A stretch of 12,028 nt of DNA from Fidelibacterota bacterium (lineage in GTDB: Bacteria > Fidelibacterota > Marinisomatia > Marinisomatales > UBA2128): assembly GCA_046861645.1 (NCBI GenBank), contig JBHHUM010000064.1, forward strand, positions 1-12,028. The letters are read 5' to 3'. Below the pieces are notes generated by a model. That model did not search any database. It was given only the letters and a program-made list of their open reading frames with translations, and was not told the DNA's origin. This document shows positions 1 through 7,845 of the stretch, one piece after another. A program made the translations under genes and the position numbers. The first letter of the stretch is position 1. Every line of letters begins with the position of its first letter.

Positions 1-78
1 TTAATCCAAATCTTGAACATTTTTCAATTGCATCTTAACGCAGAATCTTCGTGGCGAATAATCCAGACTAAATAATGC

Positions 79-1257
79 TCAAATCTCAATTACTTCCTGC
101 TGTAAGGACTCCAGGGCTCCTTTTACGAGAGTGTTTACATCAAGATTTTCCTCTGCTTGCTCAAGTTGTTTTACCGTTGCTTTAGTTGCCGGTTGTCTGG
201 GTAGGAATAGAGCACAACAGTCTTCATCAGGTAAAATAGAAGTCTCATAAGTTCCTATATCTTTAGATTTGTTGACAATTTCCTGTTTATCCATTCCCAC
301 CAGGGGTCGGAGGATGGGAATTGAGGTAACCGCTTCAATCGTCTCCATATTTTCAATAGTTTGGGAAGCCACCTGCCCTAAAGATTCTCCAGTAATCACA
401 GCATGAGCTCTTTCACGACGAGCCAGAGATTCAGCGATACGGAACATAAACCGCCGGTAGAGCAAAATTCTATATTTTTCCGGACACTTCTCGATGACTT
501 CTTCCTGAATTGGAGCCAGTTCAACCAGAAATAATTTCGTTCTGAGCTGATGTTTCAGAAAAATATCGATCACTTTCTGAACTTTTCTAACAGAGGCATC
601 ACTGGTGTAGGGTATAGAGTGAAAATGCAGATAATTGATATGTGCTCCTCGTTTCATCATGAACCATGATGCCACAGGGGAATCAATTCCACCCGAGATC
701 ATGGACAGTACTTTTCCGCCAATACCGACTGGAAGACCTCCGGGACCACTTATCCGTGAAGTATAGACAAAAGCCACATCATTAACCAGATCGATATGAA
801 AATTCACATCTGGATATGAAAGATTCACCTTCTTTCCTAACTTTTCTACTACTGCAGCGCCAATCTCCTCATTCAGTTTCTGAGGTGAAAGAGCTATATT
901 CTTATCGGATCGTCGTGTAGTAATCCGGAAAGATTTTCCAGGTAATTCAGAAATAATTCCTAATGCTTCTGCTTCCAGAATTTCCTTTTTAGCTACCAGG
1001 CGAGTGGCAGGAGCAAAATAGACCAGTCCAAAAGTATTCCGCAAGACTTCATAGATAGTTTTCAGCGATTGCCCGCCCTTATCAGTTAACTCTATGACTA
1101 TCCGTCCCCGAATTGATCGAGTTTCGCGATAACTTCCCGGGCAGGCTGATGTTAAGCCAGCTTTAATATTATCCTTGAGCTTTTTCTCAAAATGTCGGCG
1201 ATTCTTTCCTTTTGTTCCGATCTCTCCATAGTGACAGATAAAATGGGTAGTCTCCAT
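79..1257 (-). CDS. thiI: tRNA 4-thiouridine(8) synthase ThiI, short form (ferredoxin-like + THUMP + PP-loop, no C-terminal rhodanese)
   Basis: N-terminal YGEIGTKGKNR, THUMP-like region (SFRITTRRSDK...VNLSYPD), GPGGLPVG, PP-loop SGGIDSPVA, GESLGQVASQT, RPL and EDCC. Start placed at ATG 1257, which overlaps the upstream stop (TGATG), rather than TTG 1260. Confidence 0.95.
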   Translation of the reverse strand: METTHFICHYGEIGTKGKNRRHFEKKLKDNIKAGLTSACPGSYRETRSIRGRIVIELTDKGGQSLKTIYEVLRNTFGLVYFAPATRLVAKKEILEAEALGIISELPGKSFRITTRRSDKNIALSPQKLNEEIGAAVVEKLGKKVNLSYPDVNFHIDLVNDVAFVYTSRISGPGGLPVGIGGKVLSMISGGIDSPVASWFMMKRGAHINYLHFHSIPYTSDASVRKVQKVIDIFLKHQLRTKLFLVELAPIQEEVIEKCPEKYRILLYRRFMFRIAESLARRERAHAVITGESLGQVASQTIENMETIEAVTSIPILRPLVGMDKQEIVNKSKDIGTYETSILPDEDCCALFLPRQPATKATVKQLEQAEENLDVNTLVKGALESLQQEVIEI

Positions 1258-1679
1258 CAAAATCTACCTGCGAGATGTGCTCCCAAATGTGCGCCATAAA
1301 ATAATATCATTACGGCTACACCACTCAATCCCAGGTAGAAAAAAAGTATCGGCTTTACAGGAAGTTCCGTTTTTTCCTTTATCCGCCAGATTAACAATCC
1401 TATGAACATAAAGCTCGCCAACAACTGTACCACTCCATGGGTTTGAAATAGGGGAATTGGATTCGCCATATGTCCGTAAATAGAATCCGCAATAAATCCG
1501 GTAGCGATAGCAGCCAGAGAGCTGATTACTCCCACTAAAAGACACCACCAACCGGCATAATGAAGAGATTTATTACGAAAAAGGACACCTAAAATATCAA
1601 ACAGAACGCTGGTAGAGAGCAGAGCAATAGGAAAATGGATAAACAGGGGATGAAGCGACGTTATTTCCCAGGGAAACAT
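1257..1679 (-). CDS. DUF2231-like integral membrane protein (about 4 TM helices, several His residues)
   Basis: Family-typical N-terminal LHPLFIHFPIALL, four hydrophobic segments and C-terminal GAHLG. Its stop overlaps the thiI start. Confidence 0.8.
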   Translation of the reverse strand: MFPWEITSLHPLFIHFPIALLSTSVLFDILGVLFRNKSLHYAGWWCLLVGVISSLAAIATGFIADSIYGHMANPIPLFQTHGVVQLLASFMFIGLLIWRIKEKTELPVKPILFFYLGLSGVAVMILFYGAHLGAHLAGRF

Positions 1680-1694
1680 AGGATTTTTTTCCAG

Positions 1695-2552
1695 TCAGAC
1701 TTTCACCTGCTTAACGGTTATTTCCAAATCAGGATGAACCAATACTATATGATTAGGAGGAACTTCATGCCAATCCTCGTCGACATCCGTAAGTTTTTCG
1801 GAGACAACCAATACAGCATGATCAAACGGATCAGCCTGCCTCATTCGGCAAACACCATCAATACACTCAAATTTCGACCCTTCTGAATGGTAGAGGGTAT
1901 GAGGTTTAAGTTTAGAGTCCGTGGTATAACGTGTGGCGAGAATGGTGTCACCGTCCGTTATCACCATATTCAAAAAAGTGGGACTGGAAATGCCATGTTC
2001 CTCAAGCAACTCTTTCAAATCTGATATCGCCCCTCGAAGCGCAGTAACCATAAACTCAGAATCAACTTCCTTTCCCCCTTCCAGTAACCTTTCCAGAAAG
2101 AGAGCAAAAAAGTGCTCAGAATCGGTCTCTCCTCGCAACCAATCATAAATACTATCCGACAGTCTCATTCTCAGGGCACGCTTGATCACCCTAAACCCAC
2201 CAATACTGCCATTGTGCATGAATAGAAAGGGACCATAATGAAAAGGATGAGAATTCGTTTCCGACACCTGACCATGCGTAGCTGCTCGAACATGTGCCAG
2301 GAAACAATCTGATTTAATCTTGGGAGCCATGGAACGGAGATTGGCATTATTCCACGCCGGTTGGACAGATAGAAAAACAGCTGGATTAGGATCGATCTCC
2401 TTCTGGTACCAACCGATGCCGAAACCATCACCGTTCAGTGGCTCCTCGCGTTCCCGGGCTTTGTAGCTCTGTCGTACCAGAGAATTCCGGGGTTGATAAA
2501 GGAGCTTATCCATAGCGATGGGTGCCCCCTTGTAAACTAAAAAACGACACAT
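1695..2552 (-). CDS. Class II glutamine amidotransferase / Ntn hydrolase, DUG3/EgtC/YafJ-like
   Basis: N-terminal nucleophile M-C-R-F, NGDGFGIGWY, PAWNNANL, AHVRAAT, NSHPF, FMHNG, GETDSE and VVSE. GGAG lies 8 nt upstream of the ATG. Confidence 0.9.
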   Translation of the reverse strand: MCRFLVYKGAPIAMDKLLYQPRNSLVRQSYKAREREEPLNGDGFGIGWYQKEIDPNPAVFLSVQPAWNNANLRSMAPKIKSDCFLAHVRAATHGQVSETNSHPFHYGPFLFMHNGSIGGFRVIKRALRMRLSDSIYDWLRGETDSEHFFALFLERLLEGGKEVDSEFMVTALRGAISDLKELLEEHGISSPTFLNMVITDGDTILATRYTTDSKLKPHTLYHSEGSKFECIDGVCRMRQADPFDHAVLVVSEKLTDVDEDWHEVPPNHIVLVHPDLEITVKQVKV

Positions 2553-2582
2553 AACTCTTTCTCCATTTGTTGACGAATGATG

Positions 2583-2611
2583 AGTTTAGGGTGATGATGT
2601 TTAACTGTCAA
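2583..2611 (-). promoter_or_regulatory. sigma70-type promoter for the amidohydrolase-DUF2231-thiI unit
   Basis: Minus strand reads TTGACA (2611-2606), exactly 17 nt, then TAAACT (2588-2583), about 30 nt upstream of ATG 2552. Confidence 0.7.
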
Positions 2612-2686
2612 TGGATTTCAGAATTACTGTCAACTTCCAGACAATGATTATAGATATAATACTCATAATAGCTTCTAAACAGGTAC

Positions 2687-3481
2687 TTATCGAACCATCT
2701 GCTGGAGAAATTGTGAAGTTAGTTTTATCACGACTTTACGGGGTAGTAGTCGTTGCAAGTTCATGAGTAAGCGGTTCCATCGCCCATACATAACAGAGGG
2801 GACTCTCCCTAGATTTTGCAACGCTAAGGAGACAACATCCTCGGCTTTAACCCCATGTTTTCTATGAGAAGTAGAACTACCTGCCACTTCGTGAAACTCC
2901 GTGGCGGTATACCCTGGTGACAGGGCAAGAACATCAATCCCATCCCGTCTGTACTCTTCCCAAAGTCCCTCACCCATAAAAAGATTGAAAACTTTAGTAG
3001 CGCCATAAACCGTGAAGAATGGAGTAGCCTGGTACGCAGCAGTGGAAGCCACAAATATAATTCCACCCCGTTTTCGCTCTACCATAGCGGGCAGAAACTT
3101 TTCTGTAAGTTCTACTGGAACTACACAATTCAGGATAGTCATTTTGACCTGCAAACCGGGTTCATGCTTATGAAACCGATCCACCGTTCCGAAACCAGCA
3201 TTATTGATAAGAAGTCCTATTTCAAGATCCTCTACAGCAGCAGCCACTTCTTCACTTGCGGAAGGTTCTGTCAAATCCAAGGCTATGACCCGACCATCAA
3301 CATGGTAATCCTGGTAAAGTTTTTTAGATAAAGATTCCAACCGTTCCCGGCGTCTCGCTACTAAAGCAACATTCATTCCTTTGTCTGCCAACTGGAGGGC
3401 AAATTCTTCACCCAGACCAGCTGAAGCACCGGTCACCAGAGCCCAGGAACCATACCGTTCATTCCAATTTGATCGTGACAT
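2687..3481 (-). CDS. Classical SDR family NAD(P)-dependent oxidoreductase (DltE/COG0300-like)
   Basis: TGASAGLG nucleotide-binding motif, VARR (suggests NADP preference), NNAG, catalytic Ser in VASTA, YGATK (YxxxK) and PGYTATEF. Confidence 0.92.
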   Translation of the reverse strand: MSRSNWNERYGSWALVTGASAGLGEEFALQLADKGMNVALVARRRERLESLSKKLYQDYHVDGRVIALDLTEPSASEEVAAAVEDLEIGLLINNAGFGTVDRFHKHEPGLQVKMTILNCVVPVELTEKFLPAMVERKRGGIIFVASTAAYQATPFFTVYGATKVFNLFMGEGLWEEYRRDGIDVLALSPGYTATEFHEVAGSSTSHRKHGVKAEDVVSLALQNLGRVPSVMYGRWNRLLMNLQRLLPRKVVIKLTSQFLQQMVR

Positions 3482-3484
3482 AAC

Positions 3485-4363
3485 CTATTTTACAATAAGG
3501 ATAGGTGCGGTAGCCTTTTCCAGGGTCAACATCGGTTTACTACTGAGAAAAAATTTCTTCAGTGGAGACTGACTGGAAGCACCCATGACCATCAAATGGT
3601 TTTCACCGGCAAATTCCACAAAAGTGGATACTGGATCACCGGTAAGGAAATGTTGTTCGTGGGGAATCCCTTTGCTCTTCAGGAAACGTCCTGCGGCTTT
3701 AGCTGCTCGGCTGTAACCAGAACCAAATCGCTTCGTCTTGGAGACAGTTAAGGTATCCACTGTCATGCCCTGATTGGCAGCAATAGTAGCACCGAAGCGG
3801 ACAGCTCGTCTGGTAGCCTTACTGTCATCAACCAAAAGCAACAGGCGGTAATCACATTCAGTATCAAAGTTCTTTACAACAAAAATGGAAGTGGGAATGT
3901 ATTGCAACAGATCATGAGCCATGGAACGTTTCTGACTACCCCCAATGATAGTAAGAGTATAATCTTCCCTCAACGCCTCCCGGCGCAACTCGTCAATGAT
4001 TTCACCTTCCCGTAGTATGAGATCAACATTCCGGCCATAACTTCCCTTCAGAATGATGCGGATATAGTCATTCTCAGGTACTACATTTTCCAAATTGAAG
4101 CCATTGGTCTGCTTACTCTCCAGATAACCGGAAGAGTTCAGGTAATCAAAAGCCCAGTGAAGAATATCTATCCCGGGATGATAGATTTTCCACTTGGCCA
4201 TCGAATCAAAGACAAGATTGACTCGTCCTGCGAACATCTCCTTAGGCTTGGTACCCACATAAACAACACTGAGATCAGCAGCAAAGGTCCTGGCAATACG
4301 CGAACCAATATCCAGGGTAGGTTCAGAGTATTCCTTGCTTCCTACTGCTAAGAGAAACTTCAT
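3485..4363 (-). CDS. Universal stress protein with tandem USP domains
   Basis: Two USP-like units: MKFLLAVGSKEYS...TSIFVVK and RLLLLVDDSKAT...LMVMGAS...APILIVK. Start placed at ATG 4363 (GAGGT upstream) rather than TTG 4417. Confidence 0.8.
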   Translation of the reverse strand: MKFLLAVGSKEYSEPTLDIGSRIARTFAADLSVVYVGTKPKEMFAGRVNLVFDSMAKWKIYHPGIDILHWAFDYLNSSGYLESKQTNGFNLENVVPENDYIRIILKGSYGRNVDLILREGEIIDELRREALREDYTLTIIGGSQKRSMAHDLLQYIPTSIFVVKNFDTECDYRLLLLVDDSKATRRAVRFGATIAANQGMTVDTLTVSKTKRFGSGYSRAAKAAGRFLKSKGIPHEQHFLTGDPVSTFVEFAGENHLMVMGASSQSPLKKFFLSSKPMLTLEKATAPILIVK

Positions 4364-4425
4364 ATTTGACTCGACCTCATGATTTGATAATCTTGCTCTG
4401 AATTTGTCATTATGCAATCCTCATT

Positions 4426-5853
4426 TTAATATAATGGCCAAAGCAACTGAGAAACCAATAACAGCACCACGATAGACATAATAATCAACTTACCCCCCGC
4501 TTTTATAAAATCCCCCGATTTCACCAGCCCACTGGAGTGGATGATCATACAGGGTGAAGAAGCGGCTGCCGTCAGATAAGCAAAACTGGAAGCCAGGGCA
4601 GCCGCGAGTCCCATGACGATGGGATCACCCCCCATGTTCAATACAATAGGACCCATCACACCAATAGTAGGGGCGCTACTAAGCAAATTTGCCATGGCTG
4701 CAGTCAGTACTACAGCCACCGATATTCTTACCAAAGGTGTGTCACCACTTACAGATACTACTGCTCCAACAGCTCCTTCACCAATCCATTGACCCAGTCC
4801 TGTAGTATTAATCTGTATACCAATAGAAATAGCTGCACCGAAAAGAAGAATAACACCCCAGTTGGTATTCCGATTGAGATCGGACCACTCCACCAGTCCA
4901 AAAGCCAGATACAGAAAGACACCCGAAAGAGCGATGATACCCAAACCAATTTTATGTCCCAGGAAAACCCACCCTAAAAACACGCCCAAGAAGATAGCAA
5001 TGGCTAAAAATTCTCCGCCTTGCATATTTCCTTCCCTGGTAACCTGCACTTTCAATTTCCGGACAGCCGAATCAAGGACTTTTTGCTTTGGGCGAAATGT
5101 GAAAAGAAGAATAACAACGGTAAGGGGGACTAAAAGTAGGAGGATAGGGTAGGTATATTTCATCCATTCGAGATAGGAAACGGTACCATGGCCAAACTTG
5201 GACCAATAGCCCATCATGATCACATTTCTCCCCCCTCCTGATGGAGTCCCTATGGAACCCATGGCACTGCCATAGGCAATGGAAAAAAGCAATAGTGCTG
5301 CAAGACCTGCCACCTTTTTTGCGTCTGAACTGGTATTCCTAACGAGTACCAAACCCACAGGCATCATCATGGCCGTAACCGTATGCGCACCAACAAAGGA
5401 TGAGAGTAAGGCCGAGATGGCAATGAATCCAGCGGTAATACGCCAGGTTTTGTTGCCCGTCAAACGTATGACACCTAACGCTAATCTCGAATTGAGCCCT
5501 TGCTTCACGATAGAAACAGCTAGCATCAGCGATCCCATTATGAAGAATACGGCATCACTCATAAAATTGGAAGCCACATCATCAGGTTGAGCAATTCCAA
5601 ATACCACTTGAAGAACAAGAATTGTTATGGCAATAGCCGGTAAGGGTACTGGACCGGTGATAATTAGAACCAGGGCCATAATAACGATGATCAGGGTGTG
5701 GTACGCATCAGCAGGACGAGACAGCTCGGACATAGTGGCGGGTGTTGGTAAAAGATACAGAATAATCCCCAAAACGATTGTGAACAGAAGCCAACGCTTC
5801 TGTCGAATCCAGTAGAGAAAATTAGTAATCGCTTGGTTGGAAATAATCGGCAT
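4426..5853 (-). CDS. DASS/SLC13 family divalent anion:Na+ symporter
   Basis: About 12-13 hydrophobic segments with motifs FFIMGSLMLA, LSSFVGAHT, GSIGTPSGGGRN, NWGVILLFGAAISIG and ASSFAYL...SSP, typical of DASS transporters. Confidence 0.88.
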   Translation of the reverse strand: MPIISNQAITNFLYWIRQKRWLLFTIVLGIILYLLPTPATMSELSRPADAYHTLIIVIMALVLIITGPVPLPAIAITILVLQVVFGIAQPDDVASNFMSDAVFFIMGSLMLAVSIVKQGLNSRLALGVIRLTGNKTWRITAGFIAISALLSSFVGAHTVTAMMMPVGLVLVRNTSSDAKKVAGLAALLLFSIAYGSAMGSIGTPSGGGRNVIMMGYWSKFGHGTVSYLEWMKYTYPILLLLVPLTVVILLFTFRPKQKVLDSAVRKLKVQVTREGNMQGGEFLAIAIFLGVFLGWVFLGHKIGLGIIALSGVFLYLAFGLVEWSDLNRNTNWGVILLFGAAISIGIQINTTGLGQWIGEGAVGAVVSVSGDTPLVRISVAVVLTAAMANLLSSAPTIGVMGPIVLNMGGDPIVMGLAAALASSFAYLTAAASSPCMIIHSSGLVKSGDFIKAGGKLIIMSIVVLLLVSQLLWPLY

Positions 5854-5932
5854 AAGTAGGCAGAAAGTTACAGAGTGACGTCAAAGAATGCTTTAAGAAA
5901 ATTAAATTCTCAGCAGATGATTAGTTTATACA

Positions 5933-6334
5933 TTATGATGGTATTCTTTTTCCATCCTTCAAAATAGCCCACTTCCAGATTGGGACTCGTCTCTTCAATT
6001 CAGCAATAAACCATGTCATAGCATCCAGACCCTCCTGGCGATGCACAGACCAGATAGAAACATGCAATGCCACCTCTCCGACCGGGATTTCTCCAATTCT
6101 ATGACGGCAAAACAAATCTTTTATCGGAAATTTCTCCGCTGTTTCCGTAGCTATATTCCTGAGTTCGTTCTCCGCCATACCTGCATAACATTCGTAGAAA
6201 AGACTGCGAATATTCCTACCACTTTGTTTACCTCTGACTCGACCGTTGAATATCAACTCAGCTCCTTCAGTTGATCGATTATCCTTACTGGGAAAAGGAT
6301 CTATTGTACTCGTTACAATTTCGGTTATTATCAT
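5933..6334 (-). CDS. moaE: Molybdopterin synthase catalytic subunit MoaE
   Basis: GA..IFNGRVR, LFYECY..MAE, HRIG.IPVGE, SVHR and LKRRVPIWK motifs. Directly downstream of moaD. Confidence 0.93.
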   Translation of the reverse strand: MIITEIVTSTIDPFPSKDNRSTEGAELIFNGRVRGKQSGRNIRSLFYECYAGMAENELRNIATETAEKFPIKDLFCRHRIGEIPVGEVALHVSIWSVHRQEGLDAMTWFIAELKRRVPIWKWAILKDGKRIPS

Positions 6335-6408
6335 GACATTATAGAGTTACTGTGACATTGAATTCCTATTTGATTTTGACGAGAGGGTTCATTGCTTACT
6401 TATCAACT

Positions 6409-6417
6409 ATTATACCA
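6409..6417 (-). promoter_or_regulatory. Possible extended -10 promoter (TGGTATAAT) upstream of moaE
   Basis: Perfect TGnTATAAT on the minus strand about 75 nt upstream of the moaE ATG. No -35 match. Confidence 0.4.
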
Positions 6418-6424
6418 TTAAATT

Positions 6425-6441
6425 CCTCAGAGCCGCTGAGG
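6425..6441 (-). terminator. GC-rich hairpin after moaD (weak terminator or mRNA-stabilising stem)
   Basis: CCTCAG-cggct-CTGAGG, a perfect 6-bp stem 4 nt after the moaD stop. It is followed by AATTTAAT, a poor U-tract. Confidence 0.4.
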
Positions 6442-6445
6442 CACG

Positions 6446-6688
6446 TTAACCACCTTGCACTGGAGGAATCAGAGCTACTTCATCGCCTTCCTTTAACTCA
6501 ACCACTTCGGGAGTGTACTTTCGATTTACAGCTACTCTTAGGCTAACATTTTTCAATTGATCACAAGCTCTGGAACGAATATTGTTTTCCACATCTACTG
6601 TAGTTGATCCTTCTTCAAGTTGAAGGATCAGTTCATCCACTCCCAGATGGTATTTCACTTGTGAAAAGCATTTAACTTTAACTTTCAT
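6446..6688 (-). CDS. moaD: Molybdopterin synthase sulfur carrier subunit MoaD (ThiS/MoaD ubiquitin-like)
   Basis: 80 aa, with VAVN and LKEGDEVALIPPVQGG ending in C-terminal Gly-Gly. Lies between moeB and moaE. Confidence 0.95.
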   Translation of the reverse strand: MKVKVKCFSQVKYHLGVDELILQLEEGSTTVDVENNIRSRACDQLKNVSLRVAVNRKYTPEVVELKEGDEVALIPPVQGG

Positions 6689-6858
6689 CTTGAAATTGTC
6701 ATTAGTTATTATAGAAAATTAATAGTGATCGGTGAGTTCTTCTCATCAATATCACAAGCTACAGTATTTTGAAACCCAATACGATGAACTTATGACTAAT
6801 TTACTCTGAACTTTCATACTACTTACCAGTCATAATTCTACAGCTTAATGATTTACCC

Positions 6859-7845
6859 TTACCCTAACTCAATAATATTCGTTTCATGACTTAACCCGTC
6901 ATAGATGAGCAGCTTACCGGTAAGGTTTGGCTCCAATCCCAGAATGATTTTCATGGTCTCCAGGGCTTGAATGTTACCAATAATCCCCGGGAGCATACCA
7001 AGAACACCTGCATCAGTACAATTATCACCAGCCATTGAATGCTCGGGGAACAAGTCAGCATAACGTGGACCACCATTGTGGTTAAATACCGACACCTGTC
7101 CTTCAAAACGGTAAAGTCCACCATAGACCAGTGGGATCAAATGTTCAGCGGCGAACCCATCCAAGATATGACGAACAGTTAGTGAATCTGTAGCATCCAC
7201 GATTATGTCTGTTCCAGTGAGAAGATCATCCCGATTTTTATGAGATAATGGTACATTAATGGTCACAGCTTTTACTTCTGGGTTAATCCTTACGATTCGC
7301 TCTGCTGCTACATCCACCTTGGGTAGACCCACATCGCTGAGTCGATAGAGCGGTTGGCGCTGAAGGTTAGACAGTTCCACCACATCACCATCAATAATCT
7401 GGAGAGTGCCCACACCAGCGGCAGCAAGATATTGAACTACCGGACAGCCAAGCCCTCCCATCCCAACAATAGTCACTTTAGCTGCTGCCAGCGCCAACTG
7501 ACCTTCCACACCTACTTGTGGTAGTACCATCTGCCGGGCATAGCGACTGAAATCCACTTTGGTTTCAACATACTCATTCCAGGCTTGCGCGCCCCCTAAA
7601 AGGCTATATAGGTTTCTACCATTCTTATTCTGAACAAACCTTTCGGTGTTCTGACCAAACTGACAGATGAGTACTACCGGATCATTATCCATGGTGTTAA
7701 TGCCCAGTTCCTCCTCAGGAATAATCTCTGTATCCAGATGAACTAATGGTTCCTGAATCCGCATTTCTTCTGAACGTATATCAACAACCCGGACCGATCT
7801 TTTCTCATCTAACCACTTCTTCAATTGTTCGGGAGTTATAATCAT
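6859..7845 (-). CDS. moeB: Rhodanese-MoeB/ThiF fusion (sulfur-carrier adenylyltransferase with N-terminal rhodanese-like domain)
   Basis: Residues ~1-92 are rhodanese-like (VVDIR, LICQFGQNT, LLGGAQAW). The MoeB core follows: RYARQ, GMGGLG, DGDVVELSNLQRQ, DATD, NCTDAGVLG. ATGA overlap with the moeA stop. Confidence 0.9.
   Translation of the reverse strand: MIITPEQLKKWLDEKRSVRVVDIRSEEMRIQEPLVHLDTEIIPEEELGINTMDNDPVVLICQFGQNTERFVQNKNGRNLYSLLGGAQAWNEYVETKVDFSRYARQMVLPQVGVEGQLALAAAKVTIVGMGGLGCPVVQYLAAAGVGTLQIIDGDVVELSNLQRQPLYRLSDVGLPKVDVAAERIVRINPEVKAVTINVPLSHKNRDDLLTGTDIIVDATDSLTVRHILDGFAAEHLIPLVYGGLYRFEGQVSVFNHNGGPRYADLFPEHSMAGDNCTDAGVLGMLPGIIGNIQALETMKIILGLEPNLTGKLLIYDGLSHETNIIELG

Noticed and set aside
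1..78. Possible start of a further minus-strand gene (ATG at 20, MFKIWI...) or a 10-aa ORF (33-1)
   Set aside because: Too short, at the window edge and without an SD, so it cannot be assessed.
5876..5883. TGACGTCA palindrome upstream of the DASS gene
   Set aside because: A single 8-bp palindrome with no properly spaced -10 and no second copy cannot be distinguished from chance.
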